From Bacteroidota bacterium (GTDB lineage Bacteria > Bacteroidota > Bacteroidia > NORP154), in assembly GCA_043811005.1 (NCBI GenBank), contig JBDRNO010000240.1, positions 467 to 64,466 on the forward strand: a stretch of 64,000 nt of DNA, in the 5' to 3' direction. The notes under the pieces are model-generated. The model saw nothing but the letters and a program-made list of their open reading frames with translations. It ran no database searches and was not told where the DNA came from. This document shows, piece by piece, positions 10,035 to 18,887 of this stretch. Numbering within the stretch: the stretch's first letter is position 1; the number at the start of each line of letters is the position of its first letter. Made by a program: the position numbers and the translations under genes.

Positions 10035-10120
10035 GGTTCCTCGCAAAATCGCGTACCTATAATTATAACAATCTACTTTTGAACTTGGGATTTTGATGTT
10101 TGGATTTTTAAGAGCCTAAT

Positions 10121-11050
10121 ATGAACCGTTGCCCTATAACTTATCAGCTTTGTAAACAAAAATATTCCATAGAGGGATTAAAAAAGCTAACGCCTAAACT
10201 TGGAACATTCTGCGATCTCGCTTATACCGCTGAGGAATTACGTTTGGAATCCGCCAGAAGATCAGGAAAAATGTCAATTCAGGGAGTCCAGCCAAAATTG
10301 AGTGCCATATTAAATATCAAGGATAAGCGGTTTGACCTGGTAGACATGATGGGTAAATTTATCCTTAAGCCTCAACATCATATTTATCCACAACTGCCCG
10401 AGAACGAAGACCTAACCATGCATTTAGCTTCAATTGCAGGAATAGAAGTTCCCTTACATGGAATGATCTATTCAAAAGATGACTCATTGACCTATTATAT
10501 CAAACGATTTGACCGTACCGGAAGAAAAGATAAATTAGCAGTGGAAGACTTTGCACAATTAGCCGGTTTAACGCGGGATACAAAATACAATTACACTATT
10601 GAAAAGCTTATAAAACTGATTGAAGTATCTTGTACCTTTCCATTAGTGGAAAAAGTTAAATTATTTAAACGGATCATATTCAATTTCCTTATTGGAAATG
10701 AGGATATGCATTTAAAAAATTATTCGATAATTCACAGAAATTATAAAATAGAGCTCTCACCAGCATATGACTTTCTGAATTCAACGATCGTTTTAAGCGG
10801 AGATATTGAGGAAACAGCACTGCAAATTAAAGGCAAAAAGAAAAATCTTAACAGTAAACTTTTGATCAATTATTTGGGAAGTGAAAGGATGCAATTAAAT
10901 TCCAAAGTCATAAAAAACATTTTAAATGAATTGACTAAGGCAATACCTTTTTGGCAGGATCTTATACAAAATTCTTTTCTTTCAAAAAATTATAAAGAAG
11001 ATTATCTAAAGCTGTTAAACCAAAGACTTCAAAGGCTTGGAATGGTATAA
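10121..11050 (+). CDS. hipT: HipA-family serine/threonine kinase toxin lacking the N-terminal domain (HipT-like)
   Basis: 309 aa. GVQPKL and the catalytic block GNEDMHLKNYSI...LSPAYDF match the HipA_C kinase core. Confidence 0.75.
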   Translation: MNRCPITYQLCKQKYSIEGLKKLTPKLGTFCDLAYTAEELRLESARRSGKMSIQGVQPKLSAILNIKDKRFDLVDMMGKFILKPQHHIYPQLPENEDLTMHLASIAGIEVPLHGMIYSKDDSLTYYIKRFDRTGRKDKLAVEDFAQLAGLTRDTKYNYTIEKLIKLIEVSCTFPLVEKVKLFKRIIFNFLIGNEDMHLKNYSIIHRNYKIELSPAYDFLNSTIVLSGDIEETALQIKGKKKNLNSKLLINYLGSERMQLNSKVIKNILNELTKAIPFWQDLIQNSFLSKNYKEDYLKLLNQRLQRLGMV

Positions 11051-11114
11051 GGACTTATGTCTTTTTTTTTAACTCTGTCTAATAATTGTGGGTTCTATTC
11101 TTTAACTTTGGATC

Positions 11115-11625
11115 ATGAAAGACCAAATAGCAAACAAACCCCGGATTTTTGAAAATATCCGCATCCTGGATTTTTGCCAGGTAATAGCAGGTGGTTATAG
11201 TACTACTATAATGGCTGACCTGGGAGCAGAAGTTGTAAAAGTTGAACCACCTGTAATTGGCGATACCATGCGTATAGTAGGGCCATTGCATAATGGCGAG
11301 AGCGCTTTTTTTCTTTTAAAAAGCCGGAATAAAAAAAGTATCTGTGTTGACTTGAAAAAAGCGGTAAAATACGTTCAATTGATGAAGCATATACCGATCC
11401 ACATAATGACGAAAGAGGTATTTTTGAGGAAATTGAGCATCCTGTTGCAGGGGAAAAAAAATAACCAATATCCCGATAAAATTTTCTGAAACACCTGCAC
11501 AAATCAATAAACCATTACCCTCTCTCTGTGAACATAATTATGAGGTATGTATGAATATTTTAGGATATACAAAAGAACAGGTTGATGGATTGATAAAAAA
11601 CAATATTTTAATGATTCCATCTTGA
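11115..11625 (+). pseudogene. family III CoA-transferase (CaiB/BaiF type) remnant with internal deletion and frame change
   Basis: N-terminal ~82 aa (IRILDFCQVIAGGYSTTIMADLGAEVVKVEPP...KSICVDLKK). A different frame then encodes only the family C-terminus (DPHNDERGIFEEIEHPVAGE..IKFSETP...EHNYEV...GYTKEQVDGL), ending with TGA at 11623-11625. The central ~250 aa are missing. Confidence 0.7.
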
Positions 11626-11768
11626 GTCATGCCTTTATTGTGAGGAAATACACGCAGGCGAGTATCATCATAAATAATTCTTGACAAAAACATATAAATA
11701 ATTATCTTTGTTCCCATTCTTTTACATGTTTTTATGCAAACTTTTTAATATTAAAAAAAGGATGAAAG

Positions 11769-12020
11769 ATGGCAAAAACAGAAATGATGTGTCCCTTTTC
11801 AGAAATGTTATGCATTGAATGTCCTCAATATAGAGGAAGGCATTTTTATTTATGTTTTAACGACAAATACCGGGGATATTTAGGGGATCAAAAAAAAGCT
11901 AAACAGAGAACAGGATTGAGAGGTGTAAAAAATTTTGAAATGCCTTCACACCTTACTCCAAGTCCAACCTGGTTAATACTTAATAAATTAATAGAAAGAA
12001 AGTATTATGGTAACCAGTAA
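11769..12020 (+). CDS. small Cys-rich hypothetical protein
   Basis: 83-aa ORF with C-x6-C-x2-C-x10-C. A TATCTTTG box (11703-11710), which fits the Bacteroidetes -7 consensus TAnnTTTG, lies upstream. Confidence 0.4.
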   Translation: MAKTEMMCPFSEMLCIECPQYRGRHFYLCFNDKYRGYLGDQKKAKQRTGLRGVKNFEMPSHLTPSPTWLILNKLIERKYYGNQ

Positions 12021-12072
12021 TTATACTGATATACCAGGTTAAGATATTGAAATTCCGAAACAATAAATTAAA

Positions 12073-12945
12073 ATGATACGAGATTTTACTTATTCAAGAG
12101 CTACAACAGTTAAGGAAGCTCTAAACTTACTCGAAACCCATAAAGATGATTATAAGATAATCTGCGGCGGACAATCGCTGCTTATCCTGATGCGGCAGGG
12201 ACTTGTGGCTCCTGAAAATCTTATTGACATCAAGAAGGTTAAAGAGTTAAGCTATATAGATTTTGATCCGCCTGCTAGCGGATTAAAGATCGGTGCAACT
12301 ACTACCCACCGGGAAATAGAAAAATCAAAGATTGTCAAGGAGCATTATCCCATATTAGTATATATGGAAGAGAATGTAGCTTCTGATCAGACACGTAACT
12401 ATGGAACCATAGGCGGAAACATATGTCATGGAGACCCTACAGGCGACCCCGGACCAGTGTTTCTTGCTTTAGGTGGGTCAGTGAAAATAGCAAATAAGGA
12501 AAGAGAACGGACATTGCCTCTGGAGGAATTTTTTATAGATTACTTTGAGACAGCCTTGGAAGAAGGAGAACTTCTTCTTGAAGTTCAGATACCTGTTATC
12601 CCTCCAAAAACAGGCATAGCTTATGAAAAGTTCAATATCATTAAAAACGACCAGGGAATCGTATCAGTTGCTGCTTATATAACTATTGACAATGATGGCA
12701 ATACATGTAAAGATGCCAGGATCGTCCTTGGAGGAGCTGCTTCAATTCCATTACGGGTAAAAGAGGTGGAGCAGATGCTAATAGGCGAAAAACTCAATGA
12801 TAGTCTGCTTGATAAAGCCGGTGAAAAAGCTTCAGAGTTAGCTGATCCTGTTTCCGATATACATGCCTCTGAGGAATATAGAAGACATTTGATAAAAGTA
12901 CTTACAAAAAGAATGGTGAAGAAAGCATGGGAAAGTGTGATTTGA
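12073..12945 (+). CDS. molybdopterin-dehydrogenase FAD-binding (medium) subunit, xanthine dehydrogenase / CO dehydrogenase family
   Basis: ICGGQSLL and TIGGNICHGDP motifs, 290 aa, followed by the 2Fe-2S and Mo subunits. Confidence 0.8.
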   Translation: MIRDFTYSRATTVKEALNLLETHKDDYKIICGGQSLLILMRQGLVAPENLIDIKKVKELSYIDFDPPASGLKIGATTTHREIEKSKIVKEHYPILVYMEENVASDQTRNYGTIGGNICHGDPTGDPGPVFLALGGSVKIANKERERTLPLEEFFIDYFETALEEGELLLEVQIPVIPPKTGIAYEKFNIIKNDQGIVSVAAYITIDNDGNTCKDARIVLGGAASIPLRVKEVEQMLIGEKLNDSLLDKAGEKASELADPVSDIHASEEYRRHLIKVLTKRMVKKAWESVI

Positions 12946-12980
12946 AATTAAAATTCTAAAATATAACAATTCAACAATCC

Positions 12981-13451
12981 ATGGAAAAACAACTATTACG
13001 CATAACAGTAAATAATGAACACCATGAGCTTTATGTTAAGCCCAAAAAGCTGCTGGTAGAGATTTTGAGAAATGAGCTGGGGCTTACAGGCACAAAACGA
13101 GGTTGTAATACCGGGGCATGTTGTGCATGTTCAGTTATTTTGAATGGTGTTGCCGTTAAGTCCTGTTCAGTACTGGCAATGCAGGCAGACGAAAGTGAGG
13201 TCTTGACTGTTGAAAGTCTGGCTAATAGCGGGGAACTGACCCCTCTGCAAAAGTCATTCCTGGATCATGGTGCCTATCAATGTGGATTCTGCACTTCAGG
13301 AATGTTGATGACAGCAACCGCATTATTAAATGAGAACCCAAACCCAACAGTAACACAAATAAAAGAAGCCCTGCATGGTAATATTTGCCGGTGTACCGGA
13401 TATAACAGTATTATCAGGGCAGTAAGTGCAGTTGGTGAAGGTAAATATTAA
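12981..13451 (+). CDS. [2Fe-2S]-binding small subunit of Mo hydroxylase
   Basis: GCNTGACCACSV, QCGFCTSGM and CRCTGY motifs. Confidence 0.85.
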   Translation: MEKQLLRITVNNEHHELYVKPKKLLVEILRNELGLTGTKRGCNTGACCACSVILNGVAVKSCSVLAMQADESEVLTVESLANSGELTPLQKSFLDHGAYQCGFCTSGMLMTATALLNENPNPTVTQIKEALHGNICRCTGYNSIIRAVSAVGEGKY

Positions 13452-13510
13452 GGAGGTAGAAAAATGAGTGTATTGATGCTGGGTGCTGGATATTGGATGG
13501 TAAAATTATT

Positions 13511-13583
13511 GAATTGCTAAATTGTTGAATTGTTAAATTGCTAAATTGTTGAATTGTTAAATTGCTAAATTGTTAAATTGTTA
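13511..13583. repeat. tandem repeat, 24-nt unit GAATTGTTAAATTGCTAAATTGTT (about 3 copies)
   Basis: Read directly. Lies in the 340-bp spacer between the small and large subunit genes. Confidence 0.85.
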
Positions 13584-13791
13584 CGAGTTGCTGGTTATAT
13601 GTTGCAGGTTGATGTTTGTAGAGTGCTATATGGTTGTATAAGATACTGGCATAATGAAGTTGCGCGTCATGCAAATAATATTAATATGACAAATCATCAG
13701 AGAAAAGGAGCAATTAGCAATGCACATGTAGGTAAAGAATTTGAAAATATTGCTAAAAAATATATTTCTCAATTATTTTTATTTAAAATAT

Positions 13792-16068
13792 ATGAATAAA
13801 TTTAATGTCATAAATACCCCGGTACACAATATTGATGGGATTGCAAAGATCACCGGGAGGGCGGAATATACCTTTGACGTAAAACTACCAGGTATGCTTT
13901 ACGGTAAGATATTGAGAAGCCCATACCCACATGCAAAGATCCTCAATATAGACACAAGCAAGGCAGAAGCTTTAACCGGTGTAAAAGGAGTGGTTACAGG
14001 CAAAGATACTATTGGGATAAAACAGGGGATATGGAGGCGTTTTAAAGAGCTTTGCGATGAGGGAATTCTTTCTAGAGAAAGAGTCCGCTATATCGGAGAA
14101 CCGGTGGCAGCAGTAGCTGCGGTTGACGAAGATACTGCTGAGGAAGCGCTGGATCTGATCGAAGTTGAGTATGAGCCATTGCCAGGAGTATATGAACCAC
14201 TTGAAGCGATAAAAGAAGGAGCTCCTCAACTTCATGAACTTGCTGAAAGGAATATAAATGTAACACGTCATATTGAATGGGGTGATGTGGATGAGGCATT
14301 TTTAAAAGCAGATCATGTACGTGAGGATTGGTTCCGATGCTCATCACAAGCTCATGTATGCATGGAAACACACTGTGCTGTGGCTAGCTACACTCCTGAG
14401 AAAAAATTAACAGTATATACATCTACTCAAAGCCATTACTATATGCAGGTCTTATTAGCCTGGACTATGGGCTTAAGAGAAAATGATGTCAGAGTGATAT
14501 CGCGGTACACAGGCGGAGGATTCGGAAGTAAGTTTGAACTTGATTCAGCACAATTCTGCAGTTCGCTTTTATCCATGAAGCTATTCAAACCGGTTAAGAT
14601 CGTACTCACACGTGAGGAAGAGTTCATGGCAACAAAGCGCAGGACCCCAATGTTCTATTACCTGAGGACAGGAGTGAAAAAGGATGGTTCTTTTGTTGCA
14701 AAAGAAGCCAGGGTATTTACTGATGGAGGCGCTTACACATCAATGGGAGCGACATGCCTTTATCTGACGGGATTTTTCCAGGCATTTCCTTATGTATGGC
14801 CAAGCTACAGGTATGACGGATACAGGGTATACACTAATTCAGCACCTACTTCAGCAATGCGCGGATTTGGTGCACCACAGGCAACTTTTTGTGCTGAAAC
14901 ACAGATCGATCTGATAGCAAAAGATTTAGGCATTGACCGTATAGATATCAGGCGTAAAAATGCCATGTACCCTGGCTATGAAGTTCCCGGACAGGCAACG
15001 ATCCAAAGCTGTGGTATTACCGAATGCCTTGATAAGATTGAAGACTGGATCAAATCAAGAGGAAAACTTCCTGAAAATCATGGTATAGGTATTGCTGCCT
15101 ATGGTTTCATGTCAGGAGGAATATTTAACTGGTTCGATACACCCTATGCTTTTTCTTCAGCAATAGTAAAAATAAATATTGATGGTAAAGTTGACCTTTA
15201 TATTGGTTCCCAGGATATGGGACAGGGCTCCAATACCACTATGACGATGATATGTGCAGAGGAGTTAGGAGTTAAGGTTGAAGATATTCGTATTCACATG
15301 GGTGATACTGATGATTGCCCTGTTGACATAGGCGCCTGGGGAAGCCGTGAAACGCTTATGCAGGGTAATGCTGTTCAAATGGCTGCTGCCGATGCAAAAC
15401 GGCAGATCATTGAATTTGCAGCAGCGAAGTTATCTCCAAATATTGTTTATGACTTAGATATCAAGGATCAGTGGATACATCTCGTAGCACGTCCCGAAAG
15501 AGGACTTTCCTATTTTGATGTTGTTAAGGAAATTATCCGGGGCAGGGAAGGTCAGACCATTATTGGCAGAGGACATTATACTCCTCATCGCAAGGGCATG
15601 ATATCACCGGCATATAGTTTTGGAGTACAGGCAGTTGAAGCGGATGTTGATCCGGATACCGGTAAAATTACACTTAAAAATTGTGTGACGGCACATGACT
15701 GTGGCCAGGTGATAAATCCAATAGGTGTTGAAGGACAACTTGAAGGAGCAATGGCTATGGCAGCAGGATATGGATTTACAGAAGACCTTCCTATGGAGGA
15801 TGGAAAGATCATGAATCCCAACCTGGTAGACTATAAAGTGCTAAGGACAACCGAGATGCCGGATTCAAAAATTATTGAAGTAGAGACTTATGAACCAGAA
15901 GGACCATTTGGAGCCAAGGAAGCAGGAGAAGGTCTTACAAATCCAACGGCAGGAGCTCTCGGTAATGCTGTATACCACGCAACAGGACTGAGTATTAAGG
16001 AGCTTCCTATTACACCCGAAAAGATACTCGCAGCGTTAAAGGAGAAGAAAAACAAGAATGAAAAATAA
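13792..16068 (+). CDS. molybdopterin-binding large subunit of xanthine dehydrogenase / aldehyde oxidase family enzyme
   Basis: N-terminus MNKFNVINTPVHNIDGIAKITGRAEYTFD, plus YTGGGFGSKF and FGAKEAGEG motifs. I prefer the ATG at 13792 over the TTG at 13741. Confidence 0.85.
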   Translation: MNKFNVINTPVHNIDGIAKITGRAEYTFDVKLPGMLYGKILRSPYPHAKILNIDTSKAEALTGVKGVVTGKDTIGIKQGIWRRFKELCDEGILSRERVRYIGEPVAAVAAVDEDTAEEALDLIEVEYEPLPGVYEPLEAIKEGAPQLHELAERNINVTRHIEWGDVDEAFLKADHVREDWFRCSSQAHVCMETHCAVASYTPEKKLTVYTSTQSHYYMQVLLAWTMGLRENDVRVISRYTGGGFGSKFELDSAQFCSSLLSMKLFKPVKIVLTREEEFMATKRRTPMFYYLRTGVKKDGSFVAKEARVFTDGGAYTSMGATCLYLTGFFQAFPYVWPSYRYDGYRVYTNSAPTSAMRGFGAPQATFCAETQIDLIAKDLGIDRIDIRRKNAMYPGYEVPGQATIQSCGITECLDKIEDWIKSRGKLPENHGIGIAAYGFMSGGIFNWFDTPYAFSSAIVKINIDGKVDLYIGSQDMGQGSNTTMTMICAEELGVKVEDIRIHMGDTDDCPVDIGAWGSRETLMQGNAVQMAAADAKRQIIEFAAAKLSPNIVYDLDIKDQWIHLVARPERGLSYFDVVKEIIRGREGQTIIGRGHYTPHRKGMISPAYSFGVQAVEADVDPDTGKITLKNCVTAHDCGQVINPIGVEGQLEGAMAMAAGYGFTEDLPMEDGKIMNPNLVDYKVLRTTEMPDSKIIEVETYEPEGPFGAKEAGEGLTNPTAGALGNAVYHATGLSIKELPITPEKILAALKEKKNKNEK

Positions 16069-16090
16069 TTTAACTAAGGAGGATATAATT

Positions 16091-16309
16091 ATGGGTTATA
16101 AATGTCCATCATGCGAAAAAATTTGGCCGGATACTTTGAACCTGGCGAGGCACATATTCGGAACCGGAGACCAAGCCCATAAAGATTGGGTGAATTCAAA
16201 AGGTCTCAATTTTATTGAGCTATTGCTTCTTCAAACCATGGAACCAGGGAACAAGGGTTATAAGACTTTAGCTGATTTGCTTGAAAAAGAAGCGGAGAAA
16301 GTAGATTAG
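16091..16309 (+). CDS. small hypothetical protein with C-x2-C...H...H zinc-finger-like motif
   Basis: YKCPSCEKIWPDTLNLARHIFGTGDQAH. The ATG at 16091 lies 8 nt after AAGGAGG (16076-16082). Confidence 0.45.
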   Translation: MGYKCPSCEKIWPDTLNLARHIFGTGDQAHKDWVNSKGLNFIELLLLQTMEPGNKGYKTLADLLEKEAEKVD

Positions 16310-16404
16310 GCTCTTAGGATATAGTTATTACTACCATATTAACGATAATAATAGCTTTTGTAAAGGTTATTGTAAAATAAAAACATTAAAATAACAAAAC
16401 AATC

Positions 16405-16956
16405 ATGTTATTAGAAGGTAAATTCACAGTAAAAGCACCTATTGATAAGTTATTTAACTCGCTTTTAGAAGCGGAGGCACTGCAAGCCTGTGTGCCGGGC
16501 GCAGAGAAGATCGTACGTTTGGATGATAAAACTTATGATTGTATAGTCAAACAAAAAGTTGGTCCAATTGGCGTTCGGTTTAAGTTTAAGATCATACTAA
16601 CAAAATTAGCCCCCCCGAATCACATAGAGATGGAAGGTGAAGGTGAAGATATTGGAAAGGCAGGGCGTTTCACGAAAAAAACATCCATAGATTTTAAGGA
16701 ATTAGAGGACGGAGAAGTCGAGGTTTCTTACAAGTGTAATGCCAACATAGTAGGCAAACTGGCAATGTTCGGAGACAGGATTATGAAGGCAAAGGCAAAA
16801 AAAGTAGAAAACGAGTTTACCGAGAACCTCAGAAATAGACTCGGAGGTGACTCTGTAAAAAAGGAACAGCCCCCACCAAAACAGATTTGCATAAAACGCT
16901 GGTTGTGTTATCCGTTGAATGTTATACGTAATATGTTCAGAAAAGCTCAACACTGA
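16405..16956 (+). CDS. CoxG-like SRPBCC protein (CO dehydrogenase subunit G family)
   Basis: N-terminal MLLEGKFTVKAPIDKLFNSLLEAEALQACVPGAEKI pattern and its position next to the Mo-hydroxylase genes. Confidence 0.6.
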   Translation: MLLEGKFTVKAPIDKLFNSLLEAEALQACVPGAEKIVRLDDKTYDCIVKQKVGPIGVRFKFKIILTKLAPPNHIEMEGEGEDIGKAGRFTKKTSIDFKELEDGEVEVSYKCNANIVGKLAMFGDRIMKAKAKKVENEFTENLRNRLGGDSVKKEQPPPKQICIKRWLCYPLNVIRNMFRKAQH

Positions 16957-17058
16957 CGGACTTTCTTTTATATAACAATAACATAAATTCAAACAAAAAA
17001 TCAAAATATATAAGTTGATTATATTTCTCGCAAAAATTATAAATAACAGTTTTTTAAA

Positions 17059-17092
17059 TTACTAACAAATTTGTTAGTAACAATTTTGTTAC
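17059..17092. promoter_or_regulatory. array of overlapping palindromes (TTACTAACAAATTTGTTAGTAA and GTAACAATTTTGTTAC), operator-like
   Basis: 22-nt perfect palindrome at 17059-17080 overlapping a 16-nt near-palindrome at 17077-17092. About 195 nt upstream of the thiolase-like gene. Confidence 0.4.
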
Positions 17093-17285
17093 TTAAAGAA
17101 GCTTTAGTAAAAAAGAAATTATTGACACCTTTAGCTCTGAGATAAAATTTGTTGATCCTTCATTTGAATTATGGTTTAAAATAAAATATTATTAAGCTGT
17201 ATTCGGTTTTTGATAATAAAGAATTCAATATAACTATATTTGTACTCCAAAATTTTTAAAAACAAAATACAAAAAGGAGATAAAC

Positions 17286-18482
17286 ATGAAAGAAGTAGAA
17301 TCAATGTTTCCAAAGGCAAGGATCCCTTATGGCACATGGGGCAGCAGCTTTTTCCCGGCATGGCAGACTTCTGCATTAGCAGAAGTAAACATCGGTCAGT
17401 TTGCCGGAGAAGCTATGGCAACCATACTTGGAAAAAGAAAAGTTCCCAGGACAGAACTGGAATACCTGGTTATCGGCTCAACAATTCCATATCACTGGAA
17501 ATTCTGGAACGCTCCGCTTTTAGCCAGTTGTTTGGGGCACCGGATCCCAGGGTTTCATATGGAGCAGGCATGTGCTACCGGACTAACTTCAGTAGTGCTG
17601 GCAGGTTCTGAAGTAAATGCAGGGACTTATGATGCTGTTGGAGTATTAACATTTGACAGGACAAGCGATTCTCCTGCAAGCGTATTCCCTGAACGCAGGG
17701 CTCACAGAAGGACTGAAGTGATGTCTGATGTATGGGATAATTTCGGTTTTGACCCTGCAACAGGCGGTTCGATGATCGCTACGGGAGGAGTGGCTGCCCG
17801 GAAATACAAGATCAACCGATCTGAAGTGGATGAGTTGACATACCTGCGATATAAACAATATTTTGATGCTAAGAATTCCGGCTTTCTTGATCGCATCCTG
17901 TTCCCCTTCAATATATTAAATGTACAGGGACGGCTTCTTGGCAAAGTGGATGACGACTATGGCATACGTCCGGTAACACTGCAAGGGTTAAAAGCAATGC
18001 CTGAGCTTGATACATGCGTAACAGGCGGGGGGCAGACACATGCTTCAGACGGAATGGCTACGATGCTTGTAACTACACAGGAAAAAGCCAGGGAATTAAG
18101 CCCTAAACCTGAGATTGATATCCGGTTTATTGCAAAAGTAGAAGTACGTGCACTTCCGGATCTCATGCCTGAAGCACCGGGACTTGCTGTCAAAAAGCTG
18201 TTGCAACGGACCGGTTTAACCATGGACGACATGGCTGTAGTGAAAAACCACAATCCATTCGCTGTTAACGATGCTATATTTTCAAAAATGCTGGATTACG
18301 ACTGGCGCAACATGAACAAAACCGGATGTTCGCTTGTCTGGGGACATCCGCAGGGACCAACACTTACAAGGATCATTATTGAATCGCTTGAAGAAGCTGT
18401 TGACCTGGGAGGCGGTTATGTACTGGTTTTCGGATGTGCAGCAGGGGATGTGGGGATAGCGGCAATATTTAAAATTTCGTAA
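17286..18482 (+). CDS. thiolase-like protein (divergent acetyl-CoA acetyltransferase family)
   Basis: 398 aa. MEQACATGL (active-site Cys region), HNPFAVND, GHPQGPT and GCAAGD. AAGGAG sits 6 nt upstream of the ATG. Confidence 0.65.
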   Translation: MKEVESMFPKARIPYGTWGSSFFPAWQTSALAEVNIGQFAGEAMATILGKRKVPRTELEYLVIGSTIPYHWKFWNAPLLASCLGHRIPGFHMEQACATGLTSVVLAGSEVNAGTYDAVGVLTFDRTSDSPASVFPERRAHRRTEVMSDVWDNFGFDPATGGSMIATGGVAARKYKINRSEVDELTYLRYKQYFDAKNSGFLDRILFPFNILNVQGRLLGKVDDDYGIRPVTLQGLKAMPELDTCVTGGGQTHASDGMATMLVTTQEKARELSPKPEIDIRFIAKVEVRALPDLMPEAPGLAVKKLLQRTGLTMDDMAVVKNHNPFAVNDAIFSKMLDYDWRNMNKTGCSLVWGHPQGPTLTRIIIESLEEAVDLGGGYVLVFGCAAGDVGIAAIFKIS

Positions 18483-18519
18483 CTAATCAGCAGTTATAAT
18501 ATAGCTGTTATATTGCTAT

Positions 18520-18743
18520 TTGAATATTGAATGATGAACATTTGAATGATGAATTATGAATAGAAACAGAAAAATTGGTAAAATCTCATGAGAAACTTGA
18601 TCCTGCATTAACCGAATGTAACGAGTTAATTTCAATTTTCGTTTCAAACATAAAGACCGCTGAAAAATAATAGTTTTATTTAGAATAAACGAACATAAAA
18701 ATTCATCATTCATCATTCGATTGTTCAAATGTTCATCATTCAG
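18520..18743. repeat. long inverted repeat (19-nt perfect core TGAATGATGAACATTTGAA) flanking about 140 bp
   Basis: Core at 18528-18546 and its reverse complement at 18724-18742. The arms extend imperfectly to about 40 nt. Confidence 0.85.
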
Positions 18744-18887
18744 TAAAAGAGAACTTTATCAATAGAACTGATTGGTTACAAAATTTCGCAATTAATCAGC
18801 TTGATTAATTTCCAAAAAAAATGGAATTTAGTTTTCGTTAACATGCTTAGTAATAATGAAGATATAAGAACTTAAGGAGGTAAAATT

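Noticed and set aside
13511-13583. Tandem repeat as a CRISPR array
   Set aside because: The units are contiguous with no spacers, the 24-nt units are low-complexity, there are only about three copies, and no cas genes are present.
13578-13799. 73-aa ORF in the S-L spacer
   Set aside because: It starts inside tandem-repeat DNA and overlaps the true large-subunit start. At best its 3' part is a gene fragment, so I did not call it as a CDS.
12073-16068. Plus-strand Mo enzyme as 4-hydroxybenzoyl-CoA reductase
   Set aside because: The FAD subunit (290 aa) has no Cys-rich insertion that could bind the extra [4Fe-4S] cluster characteristic of that enzyme.
17240-17611. 123-aa ORF overlapping the thiolase-like gene
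   Set aside because: It is an alternative frame of a well-supported CDS, and the SD and ATG at 17286 favour the thiolase frame. The other antisense or overlapping ORFs inside long CDSs are treated the same way (for example 5174..5395, 14072..14371, 19328..19609, 26143..26469, 34157..34435, 38048..38425, 49325..50094).
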